From Mustelus asterias (lineage: Eukaryota): a stretch of 64,000 bases of DNA. A program made the position numbers and the translations under genes. The stretch is from assembly GCF_964213995.1 (NCBI RefSeq), contig NW_027590192.1, positions 558,001 through 622,000 on the forward strand. The letters run 5' to 3'. This document shows, one piece after another, positions 63,905 through 64,000 of this stretch; within the stretch, counting starts at the first letter, position 1, and every line of letters begins with the position of its first letter. A model generated the notes under the pieces. The model saw nothing but the letters and a program-made list of their open reading frames with translations, was not told the origin of the DNA and made no database searches.

Positions 63905-63976
63905 CGTTCGGCGTTGTAATGATGAGCAGGGTGGACTCTGCATCCAGCGATCGGAGTTCAAATCTCGGCAGGTCTT
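63905..63976 (+). pseudogene. tRNA-Gln(CTG) pseudogene
   Basis: TGTAATG.TGAGCA..TGGACTCTG.ATCCAGCGATC.GAGTTCAAATCTCGG; acceptor stem broken. Confidence 0.8.
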
Positions 63977-64000
63977 TGATTTTCTTTGCCACAGCAAATG

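Overview
This is vertebrate DNA, almost certainly from a shark: it carries HE1-type SINEs, dense CR1 and Rex1/Babar LINEs and KRAB-less C2H2 genes. From left to right: (1) 1-26 kb is a cluster of five KRAB-less C2H2 zinc-finger genes (one frameshifted), with four of them forming two head-to-head pairs that share a duplicated CCAAT/GC-box/NRF1/YY1 promoter cassette. (2) 29-40 kb holds a decayed endogenous retrovirus on the minus strand (LTR, exact tRNA-Phe PBS, gag, pro, RT-tether-RNaseH-IN, no recognisable env) with a nested solo LTR, followed by a Gypsy relic. (3) 40-43 kb is a near-intact CR1 ORF2. (4) 44.6-50.7 kb is a two-exon GPR139/142-like GPCR broken by one stop codon. (5) 54.8-64 kb contains decayed tRNA genes (Val, Val, Arg, Pro with an apparent intron, Gln) interleaved with two convergent TCR alpha/delta-type V segments; both have a leader exon and a 23-RSS, and one has an upstream CTCF site. 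Several Penelope-type repeats carry minimal hammerhead ribozyme motifs. All calls come from reading the sequence by eye, and repeat boundaries are approximate.
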